Assembly: GCF_001194135.2 (NCBI RefSeq)
Contig: NC_068995.1
Location: 16,296,418-16,360,417 of the forward strand
From: Octopus bimaculoides
Lineage: Eukaryota
DNA length: 64,000 bases
Reading direction: 5' to 3'
Positions within the stretch are counted from its first letter, which is position 1. Each line of letters begins with the position of its first letter. The notes beneath the pieces were generated by a model. That model saw only the letters and a program-made list of their open reading frames with translations. It was not told where the DNA came from and made no database searches. The position numbers and the translations under genes are program-made. Shown one piece after another: positions 38,994 to 52,900 of the stretch.

Positions 38994-40938
38994 CTCAGCT
39001 GAATTTCTGTGAGGTACTGAAGATTTAGCACAGTAGAGTTCCTTCAGCTATAGAATAACCTAACATTGCTGCTACTGTTATTATATTTTAGCCTCAGGTC
39101 AACTACGATTGAGCGCACCTATGATCAGGCATGTGCCAGTTGTGACTTCCCTACCTTTTTGTATATTAGTGACCACATTGTCCAATTTAGCTTTTGCGAT
39201 AGTAATGAGGAAGATGTAGTTGCTATTTCTAACTTGTGTGACCATATAGAGTAGAAGTTCTCAATATGGGCAGTATTACAATTCTCTGCACATAGTGTAG
39301 TGGTTAAGAGCGCGGGCTACTAACCCCAAGATTCCGAGTTCGATTCCAAGCAGTGACCTGAACACTAATAATAATGATAATAATAATAATAATAACATCG
39401 AAAAATACCTTAGGAATGAAAACCCAGGTTCGAAATTTCCCCAAGACATTTGATGAAGGCTGGAGGGTATATCAGCCGAAACGTTGTGTTAGCAGCAAAC
39501 AAGATGAGGACACATATCCGTCAAATGTAAATAATGTAAATAATGGGCAGTATTGTCCCCAATACTGGGCATGTGAAAGTGGGTGTTAGACTTTAGGGGG
39601 AAGTGGAGTAACATAATTAACATGCTCAATTTTACATATAATAGTAATTATACATGATAAAACTGGTAATGATTATTAAAATAAAAAGAGATTTCATCAG
39701 GCACAGGTAAGTCATTAACTTCAATGTATAAAGTAAATTTACACCTTTTGTCTGTCACCAAATCATCATCATCATTATTTTGAGTCCACTTTTGATGCTG
39801 GCATGGGTTAGACAGTTTGACTGGAACTGGTAAGCTGGAGAGCTACACTAGGTTCCAGTCTGATTTGGCTTGGTTTCTACAGCTGGGTGCCCCTTCCTAA
39901 TGCCAACCATTCCGAGAGTGTAATGGGTGCTGTTTACATGTCACTGGCACAGGTGTTTTTATGTGCCATGACACTGGCCACGACTATGATTTCACTTGGC
40001 TTGATGAATCTTCCCAAACACAACAAATCGCCAAAGGTCACGGTGTGTATTAATTTTTTTATCATTTCACTGTTAAAAGGTTATACAATTCATTCTAATT
40101 TTATAAATTATCATCCATATTAAGTTGGTTTTGTCATGACACTTCACTTGCCACTTAGGTGGGCACTAGACAGCAACTACTTAAAAGGGGGTGCTCTATA
40201 TAAAAAGGTTAAGAACCACTGATATACAGGGTCCTTCATGTACAAGAGTCTCTCATATTTACCTCAGGCACCTTCTGTGGTAGAATGATCATATACCACC
40301 TGGTTTATGTTATACTAATATGCTGGTCTCCAAAAGACATTCCTCTTAAATATCTGCTCATGGTAACCTATTGTGTGCACAGGCCTTCCCTACTTATTCA
40401 TATCTGTATGCAACTTAATTCTTTTGCATCTTTTAATCATTGCCTGATAATGTTAAATTCTTGTTAAATTACATTTCTGTATTTATTTGCTTAGGGATGT
40501 CGCAAACTGTTAAGAGAAGTGAATGCAACAGACCAAGTAAGTATATCCATGTTCTTTGCTATTTTGAATCATCATTAGATTCTTATGTTAGACAATGCAT
40601 CAAAAGTCAGCGATAATATACAGGGTGTCCACAAAGTCTGGGTATATGGGGATTAACACATACTTTCAGAAATTATTATTTCTTATATTCAATTCTTTAT
40701 GTTATGATTTTATTTACTCCATGTAGCCAGACCTTGTGGACACCCTGTAGAATATGGCTTACTATGCCATTTACTTTACTGTTTATTGTATATGGAATAT
40801 TTATGCTGTTTGCTTCCAAACCACATGGTTCTGGGTTCAGTCACACTGCGTGGCACCTTTGACAAGCATCTTCTACTATAACCTCAGGTCGACCAATGCC
40901 TTGTGAGTGTATTTGGTAGGTGGAAACTGAAAGAAGCC

Positions 40939-40986
<48 letters not shown>

Positions 40987-43497
40987 CCCACCACCACTTG
41001 ACAACTGGTGCTGGTGTGTTTATGTTCTCATAATTCAGCAGTTTGGTAAAAGGGTCTGATGGAATAAGTATCAAATTTAAAAAACAGTAAATACTTGGGT
41101 TGATTCATTTGATTAAAATTCAACAAGGTAATGCCCCAGCATGGCCACAGTCGAGTGTCTGAAACAAAAGATGTAAATTATTGAATTTATTAACGGTCAT
41201 CTTTTTAAATAAAACATATTAATGAAGATGAACAATATTAATTCATCATCATTGATATGTTTAATAATATTAAATCCTTTAACAATATATCATTCACTTA
41301 TCATTTTGAAGAATATTAATATTCATTCTGTAAACAAAACAAAACAAATAATATTTGCATTAAAATCATCAAATATAATAACGATGTTTTCACTAATTAT
41401 TTTTTTCTAAGGTTAAGTCAGGTGATTATAATTACTGTGGTTGACTGCATGCTGTAGCAGTAGTAATAAATCATTATCACCATCATCATCGTCATCATCA
41501 TCATCATCATCATGGTGATCATCGTCGTATTCATCATCATTGTCATCATCTGTAATTTTTTTTCAGGCTAATGAAGAAGCCTGTTAATGGTTGCACAGCT
41601 TGCTAGTAATAGCAACCAAATCTCTCTCAAATCTTGAAAAACACAGAATGGAAACTTTGTACAATATAATCCTTTCTGCTATAAGTACAAAGTCTGAAAT
41701 TTTGCGGGAGGGGTTAAGTTGATTACATCGACCCCAGTACTCAACTGGTACTTAATTTATCAACCCCCAGAAGGATGAAAGCAAAGTCGACCTCAATGGA
41801 ATTTGAACCTGGAATGTAAAGACAGATGAAATGCCACTAAGCATTTTGCCTTGCTTGCTAATGGTTCTGCTAGCTCACCACCTTAACTTTGTACATCATA
41901 ATGTCCCTCATACAGAGAGAAAGACTCAAAATTTAGTTTGACTTTCGTCAGAATGGAAAAGTGGCTATTAAAACAATGATGATGAGGATGATATAGCTGG
42001 CTAGATACATAGATCACCAAAAGGCAGCGAGCTGGCAGAAACGTTAGCACGCTGGGCGAAATGCTTAGCAGTATTTTGTCCGTCTTTACGTTCTGAGTTC
42101 AAATTCCGCCGAGGTCGACTTTGCCTTTCATCCTTTCGGGGTAGACAAATTAAGTACCAGTTACGCACTGGAGTCGATGTAATCGACTTAATCCCTTTGT
42201 CTGTCCTTGTTTGTCCCCTCTATGTTTAGCCCCTTGTTGGCAATAAAGAAATAAGATACATAAATCACCATCATCATTGTCATTCCCTAATGTCTGTTGT
42301 CCATGCTGACATGGGTGGATGGTTTGACCAGAGCTGGCAAACCGGGGGAGATGCACTAGGTTCCAGTCTGATTTGGCTTGGTTTCTATGGTAGGATGTGC
42401 TTCCTAACGTCAACCACTTTACAGATGGTGCTGGGTGCTTTAATGTGGCACTGGCACAAGTGGTCTTTTTACATGGCACTGACACAAGGCTCTTGCAGAC
42501 CAATCCTGCACACATGAGTATTACACTCACACACAGACACATATATATACATATATTTATATATACTATTTTTTTGTTTTTTAGCAAATCGCAAATGCAC
42601 TCTGCTCTATCCTCTTACTGGAAGATTGTACTCCACGACAAGTTTTTAATGAATTCCTTTTGGCTAGAACTGTGAGTATATAAACTAGTTGGCATTTCAT
42701 TTTTCATAGGAAACTGTTTGCTTTTATTATTGTTTCTACTTGCTAGATAACATGTCATATTTTTAGATGAGATTTAACAAGATTACTTTTTTAATCCTAA
42801 TAAAACCTTAGTAAATATCCTAAAATATTTTGTAAATTTTCAAAATCTAATGCTTTGTTTATTGATTTTAGTTCACCAGCTTATTCTGTTCTGAAACTGT
42901 ATGGTTTGGTGCTATTTTAACCCATTAGCATTTAAACTGTCAACGTCCAACCCAAATATTCTATAAGCTTTATTTTCAAACAGGCCAGATCTGGCCTATC
43001 ACACCAACCTTACAGTGTCATTCTAAAAGTATACGATCACATCATCAAAATCTTGAAGCTGTGAATAAATAAACCTTACTGTTGACAAAATAATCTGAAT
43101 ACTAAAAGTTTAAGGATGGAGCAATCTTTTAGGTTTCCTCCCAAAGATGTAAGCTTGAAATGTCTGTGGTTTGGTTTGTTACTGTTTAGCCACAGGGAAT
43201 AACCTCGTTGAGATCTTCAAAATCATGATCATCTTTGTTTTACCCATTCATAAAAAGGACAATTTTGCTATGTTGCACAGTATTTACTTAAATTTTATAA
43301 TATTGATCACTTTCTGAAGCACTTCTCTCTTTATTGAGTGGCTGTGGTAAGTAGCTTGTTTACCAACCACATGGTTCCAGGTTCAGTCCCACTGCATGGC
43401 ACCTTGGGCAAGTGTCTTCTACTTTAGCCTCGGGCCGACCAAAGCCTTATGAGTGGATTTGGTAGATGGAAACTGAAAGAAGCCCGTTGTATATATG

Positions 43498-43542
<45 letters not shown>

Positions 43543-46036
43543 ATATGTTGTGTATCTGTGTTTGTCCCTCCAACATCGCTTGACAACCAATGCTGGTGTG
43601 TTTAGGTCCCCTTAACTTAGTGGTTCGGCAAAAGAGACTGATAGAATAAGTACTAGGCTTACAAAGAATAAATCTTGGGGTTGATTTGATTCGACTAAAG
43701 GTGGTGCTCCAGCATGGCAGCAGTCAAATGACTGAAACAAGTAAAAGAAAAAGAAAAAAAAAAGGCTATTGATAACTTTTCTCCACTGTTTTTAACTCTG
43801 AGAGTTTTTTTTTTCTGTTACTCTCCATTCTCAGCTCTGCTTCAGTATCCCACCTCCAGCTATTCTTAGGGCATCATCTCTTCTGCTACCAAGGGACACT
43901 TTGCTGGATTTCCACAACAGACAGTTGGAGTCTGGACAGCTCGCTGTTATCCAGCTCCATGTTAAACCGTCCAACCCATGCCAGCATGGGAAGTGGATAT
44001 TAATGATGGTGATGATGATGATGTTGATGATGATCCAACATCTATACCCAGAAACTGGGATGTGTCCTGTTACTTGTATGGTTTGAGAGCTCCAGCTCAG
44101 GCTGTCTGGTCATGCTGCTTGATTTTCTGAGTTGGATCCTGCATATCATGTTGTCTTCTCTGAGGATCCAACTGGAGTGGCAACTCATGTTGGTCAGCCA
44201 CATAACACATGGTCATGGTGGATGAGGAAGTATCTTATAGAGAGGAGGACCGATTGGGGCACTGCTCTGAGGGTTTCCCATGACAACCGAAGCGAATGGT
44301 GGATGCAGCGATGTATTATGAGTTACTGTCGGTCGCATTTTGTATCCAACCTACAACTCAGAAACTTGGATGTGTCCTCTTTCTTGTACAGGATGTGCTG
44401 GTCAGCCACATGTCACATGATCAAAGTGAATGGGGAAGTGTCTCATAGAGATGGGGACTAGTTGGGGCACTGCTCTGAGAGTTGCCTGGTACAGCCTGAG
44501 CAAATGGTAGATGCAACAATGTGTCGCAATGACACATGCCCCCTGACCTCTCTTCTGCCTTCCCTGTGGCTGTTCATGTACTCTTTGCTTATAAGCTGGT
44601 CAGATGGTCATGATTTAAAATCAAGACCTTAACCCTTTAGCATTCACATTATTCTGTCAAATGTAATGCTTATTTATTTACATTGTTTTGAATTAATCAG
44701 GCATTATCTTGTGGCTGTGAGATTTCAATGAGATAACTGTTAAATTCTTAGAATGGTATTGTAGGGTTGGTGTGAGAAATCTGATCTGGTCAGTATGAAC
44801 ATAAAACAGATATGGCCAGTTTAAAAGCTAAAGGGTTAATCAGACCAAATGATTCTACAATTCCTTATTCCTTTTTCATGTAGGACTTCTTTATAGTCCT
44901 CAAGCACAAGTCTTTTGAATATGCCATGCATGTATAATTCAATTATAAATGTAGAATTAAGCACAAACTATGCTCAGAAATACATAAATGCATTTGCATC
45001 TAATCAACTTATTGTTATTTCACATGAAACCCAAACCCTCAGCCTCTGGGACATCTCTTTTGAGAAACACTGCATTAATGGGTTAAGCACTTGTACTTGG
45101 CTGGGAATAAGAAACAGTTCTATAAATGCTATGTAATAGACTACCCCTTATTCATATTATGAATATTTAACCCCTTAGCATTCAGATTCTTCTGTCAAAT
45201 GTAATGCTTATTTATTCACATTGTTTTGAATTAATCATGCCGTTGCCAGTACCGCCGAACTGGCCCTCGTGCCCGTGGCACGTAAAAAGCACCCACTACA
45301 CTCTCGGAGTGGTTGGCGTTAGGAAGGGCATCCAGCTGTAAAAACTCTGCCAGATCAGATTGGAGTCTGGTGTAGCCATCTGGTTCGCCAGTCCCCAGTC
45401 AAATTGTCCAACCCATGCTAGCATGGAAAGGGGACGTTAAATAATGATGATGATGCATTATCTCATAGCTTTGAGATTTTTATGATTTGACTGTATAGTT
45501 TTAGAATGACACTGAGTAGATGTGAGAGGCCAGATCTGGCTGGTTTGAACATAAAACAGGTAGAATATTTTGGTCGGATATGGCTGATTTAAAGGAATAT
45601 AATTTTTTGTTTGTTTTTGAATTTGGAAGCTATTTAATCAATTTTGTCTTTTTAAATTAATATCTGTTCTGGTTTCCTTTCTTCCTTCCCTTCCTCCCAC
45701 AGAATGCCGTTCAGCAATTGTTCCATGTTTCCCAGCAAGGTATTGGTATCAAACAACAAATATGCCTTGTGGTTCAGCTAATTGTAAAGACAGTGCACCA
45801 GATATATACAGTCTTCTACACTTCAGACAGTGAGGTTCCAGCTTCTGGTGAAGGTTAGTCCGCAATTCTCACAAATAAGCTTGTTTTCTTTTCTTATTTT
45901 ATGTTTCATATTCATTGATCCATGCTAATATGGTGAGGTAATTGCTTATTTTCATTATGAGAATTGTTTTGCATGGGTGCACCTACCACAGTGGTAAAGC
46001 ACATTGTCCTTGTAGGACACTTTTGACAAGTTTCTT

Positions 46037-46075
<39 letters not shown>

Positions 46076-48267
46076 GATGACTGGCACCTGTGCCAGTGGA
46101 GCACTAACAGCACTGTCCAAGCGTGATCATTGCCAGAGCAGCTGTCTGGCTTCCATGCCAGTGGCGTGTAAATAGCACCATTTGAGTGTGATCGTTACCA
46201 GCGTCGCCTTACTGGCACGTAAAAGACACCATTTTGAGCGTGGCCGTTGCCAGTACCCCCTGACTGGCCCTCGTACTGGTGGCAGGTAAAAGCACCCACT
46301 ACGCTCTCAGAGTGGTTGGTGTTAGGAAGGGCCTCTGGCTGTAGAAACCTTGCCAGATCAGATTGCAGCTTGATGCAGCCATCTGGTTCACCAGTCCTCA
46401 GTCAAACTGTCCAACCCATGCTAGCATGGAAAGCGGACGTTAAACGATGTTCGCCTGACGAGTAGCATTTGGATAAATACTACTTCCGAAGTTCTGCTCA
46501 CTGTGAAACATATGGATTTTATCTACTCCATTCCTTGATTTTGGATTTCTGTTCTCATACACAGCAACCCTTGCTGCTAACCATAAGCTTTAAAAGAATT
46601 TTTTCAGCTTATCGAACTTTGACATTGGAAAAATTTACAACCTTCTACATCAATAAGCCACTATTATTCCTGAAAGTTGTTTTTTATACCTTCTATGGAC
46701 TACTTGAAACTTACTATCTCCCTACACCTTGATACTTGGATCTTACCTTTACAAATATACATACATACATATATATGGTGATTATATGAAGTGTAGCGCC
46801 GCCTGACTGGCTCCCATGCTGGTGGCATGTAAAGAGTACCATTCAAGTGTGGTCAATACCAGTGCTGCCTAACTGGCTCCCGTGCTGGTGGCATGTAAAA
46901 ATCACCCACTACACTCTCAGAGTTGTTGGTGTAAGGAAGGACCTCTGGCTGTGGAAACCTTGCCAGATCAGGTTGCAGCCTGATGCAGCCTCCGAGCTTG
47001 CCACTCCTAAGTCAAACTGTCCAACCCATGACAGCATGGAAAACGGACGTTAAACGATGATGATAATGATGATGATTGGCTGCATGCTTCTCTGAAATTG
47101 ACCAAATTGATGTAGATGTCTGGTAAGAATGCAGTAAAATTTGAAAATCCATTAAGGTTGCTCATCATTTTTTTAGTTTACAGAAAAACGGTTAAATTAA
47201 CTGTATTTACATCTACTATATAATTTACATATATTATATCATAACTTGATGCTGTGTGACCTGAGATCCCTGCTGACAGGTCTTTGATATTAAATAAAGT
47301 GTTCACACTTATGATATGCAAATCAGAAGCCCCAGTTTTCTGTAATTGTTGAGTATATAGATAGGCTGGCTGCCTGCTTCACTGGGATCGGTCAAATTCA
47401 TGAAGATGCCAATATCATTTAAAAACTGATTAAGGTTGTTCATTTTTTTTTCAATCTATGGAAAAATAGATAAAAATTAACTCCGTTTATATATTTATTA
47501 TATAGGTTACACACACATTTATGTGTGAGTGTGTATGTGTTACTCTCTTAACCATGACATTATGTGATAGTTTTAAAGTAGCGTCACCATTATGCATTGT
47601 CATTCATAAAAATATGACTGTTCAATCTGAAAACAGATTGGCGACAGGAAGGGAATCCGGCCATCGAAAACACTCAACTCCATATGATCCATGCGACCAT
47701 AGAAAAGGCATATAAACAATAAATAACAAAATAGAAAGTTAATTTAGCAAGGGAGGCAACTCTGAAGAAATTTCTTGGAATTATCTTCCTTAGAGCTTTT
47801 TTTTTTATATATATATTACTTAATTTCATTATATTTCTTTCAGTTCAGAAATTTGTGAAGTATAAATACGAATAAAATTCCAAATTTATAAATACTGTTT
47901 TTATTGTTTATTTCTTTCCAGAATCTTTCAAATTATACAGCATTTTGGAACATGTAACTAAAACTACACCGAAAAGTAAGTAACATGTTACAATTGTTAA
48001 TCGTAGTGAAGATTATTCAGACGTGAATGTATGGTTGTTGAGCAGTTGATTCCAAAACACTGTGGTTGAATCCTTGTGAAACCTTGGGTCCATAAGTAAT
48101 TTTTGAGTGTCTGTGGAAGCTTGTCTCACGTGTGGCTTTTCAATCATGTGGTCTTGGGTTCAACTCTGCTGCACAACACCTTGGACAAGTGCCTTATGCT
48201 ATAGACCTTGGGTTGACCAAAGCCTTGTGGGTAGATTTGGTAGACAAAGCGAAAGATGCCTGTAGTA

Positions 48268-48308
<41 letters not shown>

Positions 48309-49955
48309 ATATATTTATGTGTGTGTGTCTGTATTTGTCATCCTGCCATCACTTGACAACCAATGTTGGTGTGTTTATGTTCCCGTAACTTAGCAGCTCA
48401 ATAAAAGAAACAGAATAAATACTAGACTCGCTGTATAGATAGGCACAAGTGTGGTTTTGTGATAAGAAGCTTGCTTCCCAACCACATGGTTCCAGGTTCA
48501 GTCTCACTGTGCGGCACCTTGGGCAAGTGTCTTCTACATAGCCTCAAGTCAACCAAAGCATCGTGAGTGGATTTGGTAGACAGAAACTGAAAGCAGCCCA
48601 TCTTGTATATATATAAATAGTTATGTGTTTGTATTTGTCCTCACCACCGTCGCTTGACAAGCAATGTTGGTGTGTTTACATCCCTATGACTTATCAGTTT
48701 GGCAAAAAAGACCAACAGAATAAGTCAAAGTTGATTTCTTGAGTAAAAAAAATGCCCTTGAAGGCGATGCTCCAGTATGGCTGCAATCAAATGACTGAAA
48801 TAAGTAAAAAAATAAAAGACTATATATATATATATATAAAGTATAAGGAAAGGAAAAAATATAAGCAAAGACGATCCTTTAATTCAAAATTGGTACAAAT
48901 CCAATACAGATTCTACAAGTTGTTTCAAAGCCTAATTAATTCAAAATAAAATGAAAAATAATCCTTTTGAAATCACAAATTATGCTATTCTTCAGGAGTT
49001 CTGTATTGGAATGAATGGGTTCAACCAACAAAAACATAAAGACCTTTACGATAGCCCAGAATATCTATATAGGTTACACACTCAAACACACACGTATATA
49101 CATATACAATATATATATATATATATATATATANNNNNNNNNNNNNNNNNNNNNNNNNNNNNNNNNNNNNNNNNNNNNNNNNNNNNNNNNNNNNNNNNNN
49201 NNNNNNNNNNNNNNNNNNNNNNNNNNNNNNNNNNNNNNNNNNNNNNNNNNNNNNNNNNNNNNNNNNNNNNNNNNNNNNNNNNNNNNNNNNNNNNNNNNNN
49301 NNNNNNNNNNNNNNNNNNNNNNNNNNNNNNNNNNNNNNNNNNNNNNNNNNNNNNNNNNNNNNNNNNNNNNNNNNNNNNNNNNNNNNNNNNNNNNNNNNNN
49401 NNNNNNNNNNNNNNNNNNNNNNNNNNNNNNNNNNNNNNNNNNNNNNNNNNNNNNNNNNNNNNNNNNNNNNNNNNNNNNNNNNNNNNNNNNNNNNNNNNNN
49501 NNNNNNNNNNNNNNNNNNNNNNNNNNNNNNNNNNNNNNNNNNNNNNNNNNNNNNNNNNNNNNNNNNNNNNNNNNNNNNNNNNNNNNNNNNNNNNNNNNNN
49601 NNNNNNNNNNNNNNNNNNNNNNNNNNNNNNNNNNNNNNNNNNNNNNNNNNNNNNNNNNNNNNNNNNNNNNNNNNNNNNNNNNNNNNNNNNNNNNNNNNNN
49701 NNNNNNNNNNNNNNNNNNNNNNNNNNNNNNNNNNNNNNNNNNNNNNNNNNNNNNNNNNNNNNNNNNNNNNNNNNNNNNNNNNNNNNNNNNNNNNNNNNNN
49801 NNNNNNNNNNNNNNNNNNNNNNNNNNNNNNNNNNNNNNNNNNNNNNNNNNNNNNNNNNNNNNNNNNNNNNNNNNNNNNNNNNNNNNNNNNNNNNNNNNNN
49901 NNNNNNNNNNNNNNNNNNNNNNNNNNNNNNNNNNNNNNNNNNNNNNNNNNNNNNN

Positions 49956-49993
<38 letters not shown>

Positions 49994-52900
49994 CATATAT
50001 ATGTATATATACACCAGTCCATCAGCATTGGATGGCTGAATCAGAGTCACTGGACAAAAATACCTTGAAGTATTTATTCCATCTTCATTACATCCCTATG
50101 CTTCAAAGTGGTCTTAGTTATTGAATATATAGATATTGACGAAAGAAGTTCTAGACAAAAGTACTGGGGTCGGTAATCAACTGAAACCTTAAAATGTTGG
50201 TGCCCCAGCATGGCCACGGTTGAATGAGGAAAACCAAGAAAATAATTAGTATATATGTACACAGTAAATTAAAATCTCTGATGACTGTCCTGACAGAATA
50301 CTGCACAAATAACTGAGAATATCTAAGGAAGAATATAGCGAGCGGGGGGAAAAGATGGTGGAAGGGACAACGGTTGTAGATGTGAGAGGGTGTTGAGAGT
50401 GAGGTATGATAACAGAAAGGAAGTGATAGCTCATGACAGAAAAGTGTGAGTTAGTTTGGGAAGAGATAATATATATATGTACATACCTACATCTACATGT
50501 ATATATAGATGCATATCCGGGTACAGGACGTCAAAAAAGGAATGGGACCAAAGCACAAAAACGGACTTTTTTTACGGACAACAGAATGAACACATAAGGA
50601 AAACAGACGAGCCACTTATGGAACTTTTCCTTCATCAGCTGCCTCTATTCTAATCTAGGTGTTTCGAAGATGAGGCAGAACGCGCTCTTAGAATAGTTCT
50701 TCCCGCGAATATATATATATATATTTTATACACACACACACACACACACACACATAGACAGAAATTAGTCATTGCATTGATTGTCNNNNNNNNNNNNNNN
50801 NNNNNNNNNNNNNNNNNNNNNNNNNNNNNNNNNNNNNNNNNNNNNNNNNNNNNNNNNNNNNNNNNNNNNNNNNNNNNNNNNNNNNNNNNNNNNNNNNNNN
50901 NNNNNNNNNNNNNNNNNNNNNNNNNNNNNNNNNNNNNNNNNNNNNNNNNNNNNNNNNNNNNNNNNNNNNNNNNNNNNNNNNNNNNNNNNNNNNNNNNNNN
51001 NNNNNNNNNNNNNNNNNNNNNNNNNNNNNNNNNNNNNNNNNNNNNNNNNNNNNNNNNNNNNNNNNNNNNNNNNNNNNNNNNNNNNNNNNNNNNNNNNNNN
51101 NNNNNNNNNNNNNNNNNNNNNNNNNNNNNNNNNNNNNNNNNNNNNNNNNNNNNNNNNNNNNNNNNNNNNNNNNNNNNNNNNNNNNNNNNNNNNNNNNNNN
51201 NNNNNNNNNNNNNNNNNNNNNNNNNNNNNNNNNNNNNNNNNNNNNNNNNNNNNNNNNNNNNNNNNNNNNNNNNNNNNNNNNNNNNNNNNNNNNNNNNNNN
51301 NNNNNNNNNNNNNNNNNNNNNNNAATATATATATGTACATACCTACATCTACATGTATATATAGATGCATATCCGGGTACAGGACGTCAAAAAAGGAATG
51401 GGACCAAAGCACAAAAACGGACTTTTTTTACGGACAACAGAATGAACACATAAGGAAAACAGACGAGCCACTTATGGAACTTTTCCTTCATCAGCTGCCT
51501 CTATTCTAATCTAGGTGTTTCGAAGATGAGGCAGAACGCGCTCTTAGAATAGTTCTTCCCGCGAATATATATATATATATTTTATACACACACACACACA
51601 CACACACACATAGACAGAAATTAGTCATTGCATTGATTGTCACAAACCCTTAGAAAAATGCTTCCCACATGCTTCTTGTGAATTATTGTAAGCAGAATGA
51701 TGATGAATTTAGTAAAATATGTAGGGAGCCCATTGTGTATTTATGTGTGTTTGTGTGGTGCGTCTTTGTGTTCCCCCCCCCCCCATTTCTTCACAACTGA
51801 TGTCTGTGTGTTTATGTCCCCATAACCTAGTGGTTTGGCAATAGAGACTGATAGAATAAGTACCATGCTTAAAAAACAATGAAGTTGATTCATTTGACTA
51901 AGAGCTCTCAAGGTGGTGCCCCAGTATGGCCATGTTTTGACTGCTGAAAAAAGTAAAATAATCAAAACCAATTGATGTAAAATTTTGATGGAAGGCTTTA
52001 ATTTAGATTGCTTTACAAGAAGCAGCTTGTATTATAAGAACCAGTGTTGAAGGTTTGAAGAATAATTCAATTCTAATTTTAGAAAATTTGAAGATTGAAA
52101 GCACATGACATTCAATGTATATCTAAATGTAAGAAAAACTGTTTAGGTCAGAGGAGATTTAGAAAAAAATTACTGAGCTGCTATAGAGCCACACACAATG
52201 AAAAGAATAGATTGAAACATCTGTTTTATAGTATTGATAAAAACACAAAATATATTTTTTTTGGAGGTTGAATCCAGTTAAAAAATCTCATGAAACTCTA
52301 AACTACATACATTTCATTTCCTGCTTGGAATTACAGAAAATGAATTTTTTTTTTGTTTTTTTTTTTATTAGTACCTTGACACCAATTGATATTTATTGGT
52401 GCAAGCTTGGTTGTTTGGTTTAGAAGTATGCTTCCTGGCTTCATGGCTTCTGGTTCAGTCCCACTACTGGGCACCTGGGGCAAGCGACTTCTGTTATAAA
52501 ATGTAGGCTGCCGAAAGCAGCTTTGTGAGTGTTTTCAGCAGGTAGATAGAAACTGAAAAGAAGACTGCCATGTATATATATTTGTATGTATGTGTGTGTG
52601 TGTGTAGTGTGTACGTTTGTTCTTCTCTTTCTCTTTTTAATTTAGAATAAATTTTCACCGACCACCTACTTGGTATCAAGGAAAGCATCTTGTTTTGTTC
52701 ATCATCCTTTAAATCTTTATGTATGTATGGATGGATGGGTGTCTGTAGTGAGTGTATATTTATATCTCTTTGTATGAGCATCATGTGATAGTTGTAAATG
52801 AGTGCCATTCTCATAGAAACAATGTCATTCATTTCTATTATTTTGTGAAAACATGACTGGCTGTGGAAAAACATTACCTTGCTTGGAAACCTGTCAGGAT

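Noticed and set aside
50590-50710. CTGATGA plus GGAA/TTCC hairpin on the minus strand (duplicated at ~51430-51550), possible fourth hammerhead
   Set aside because: No GAAA after stem II and no U at 16.1 in the register that pairs stem I; at most a decayed PLE-like end.
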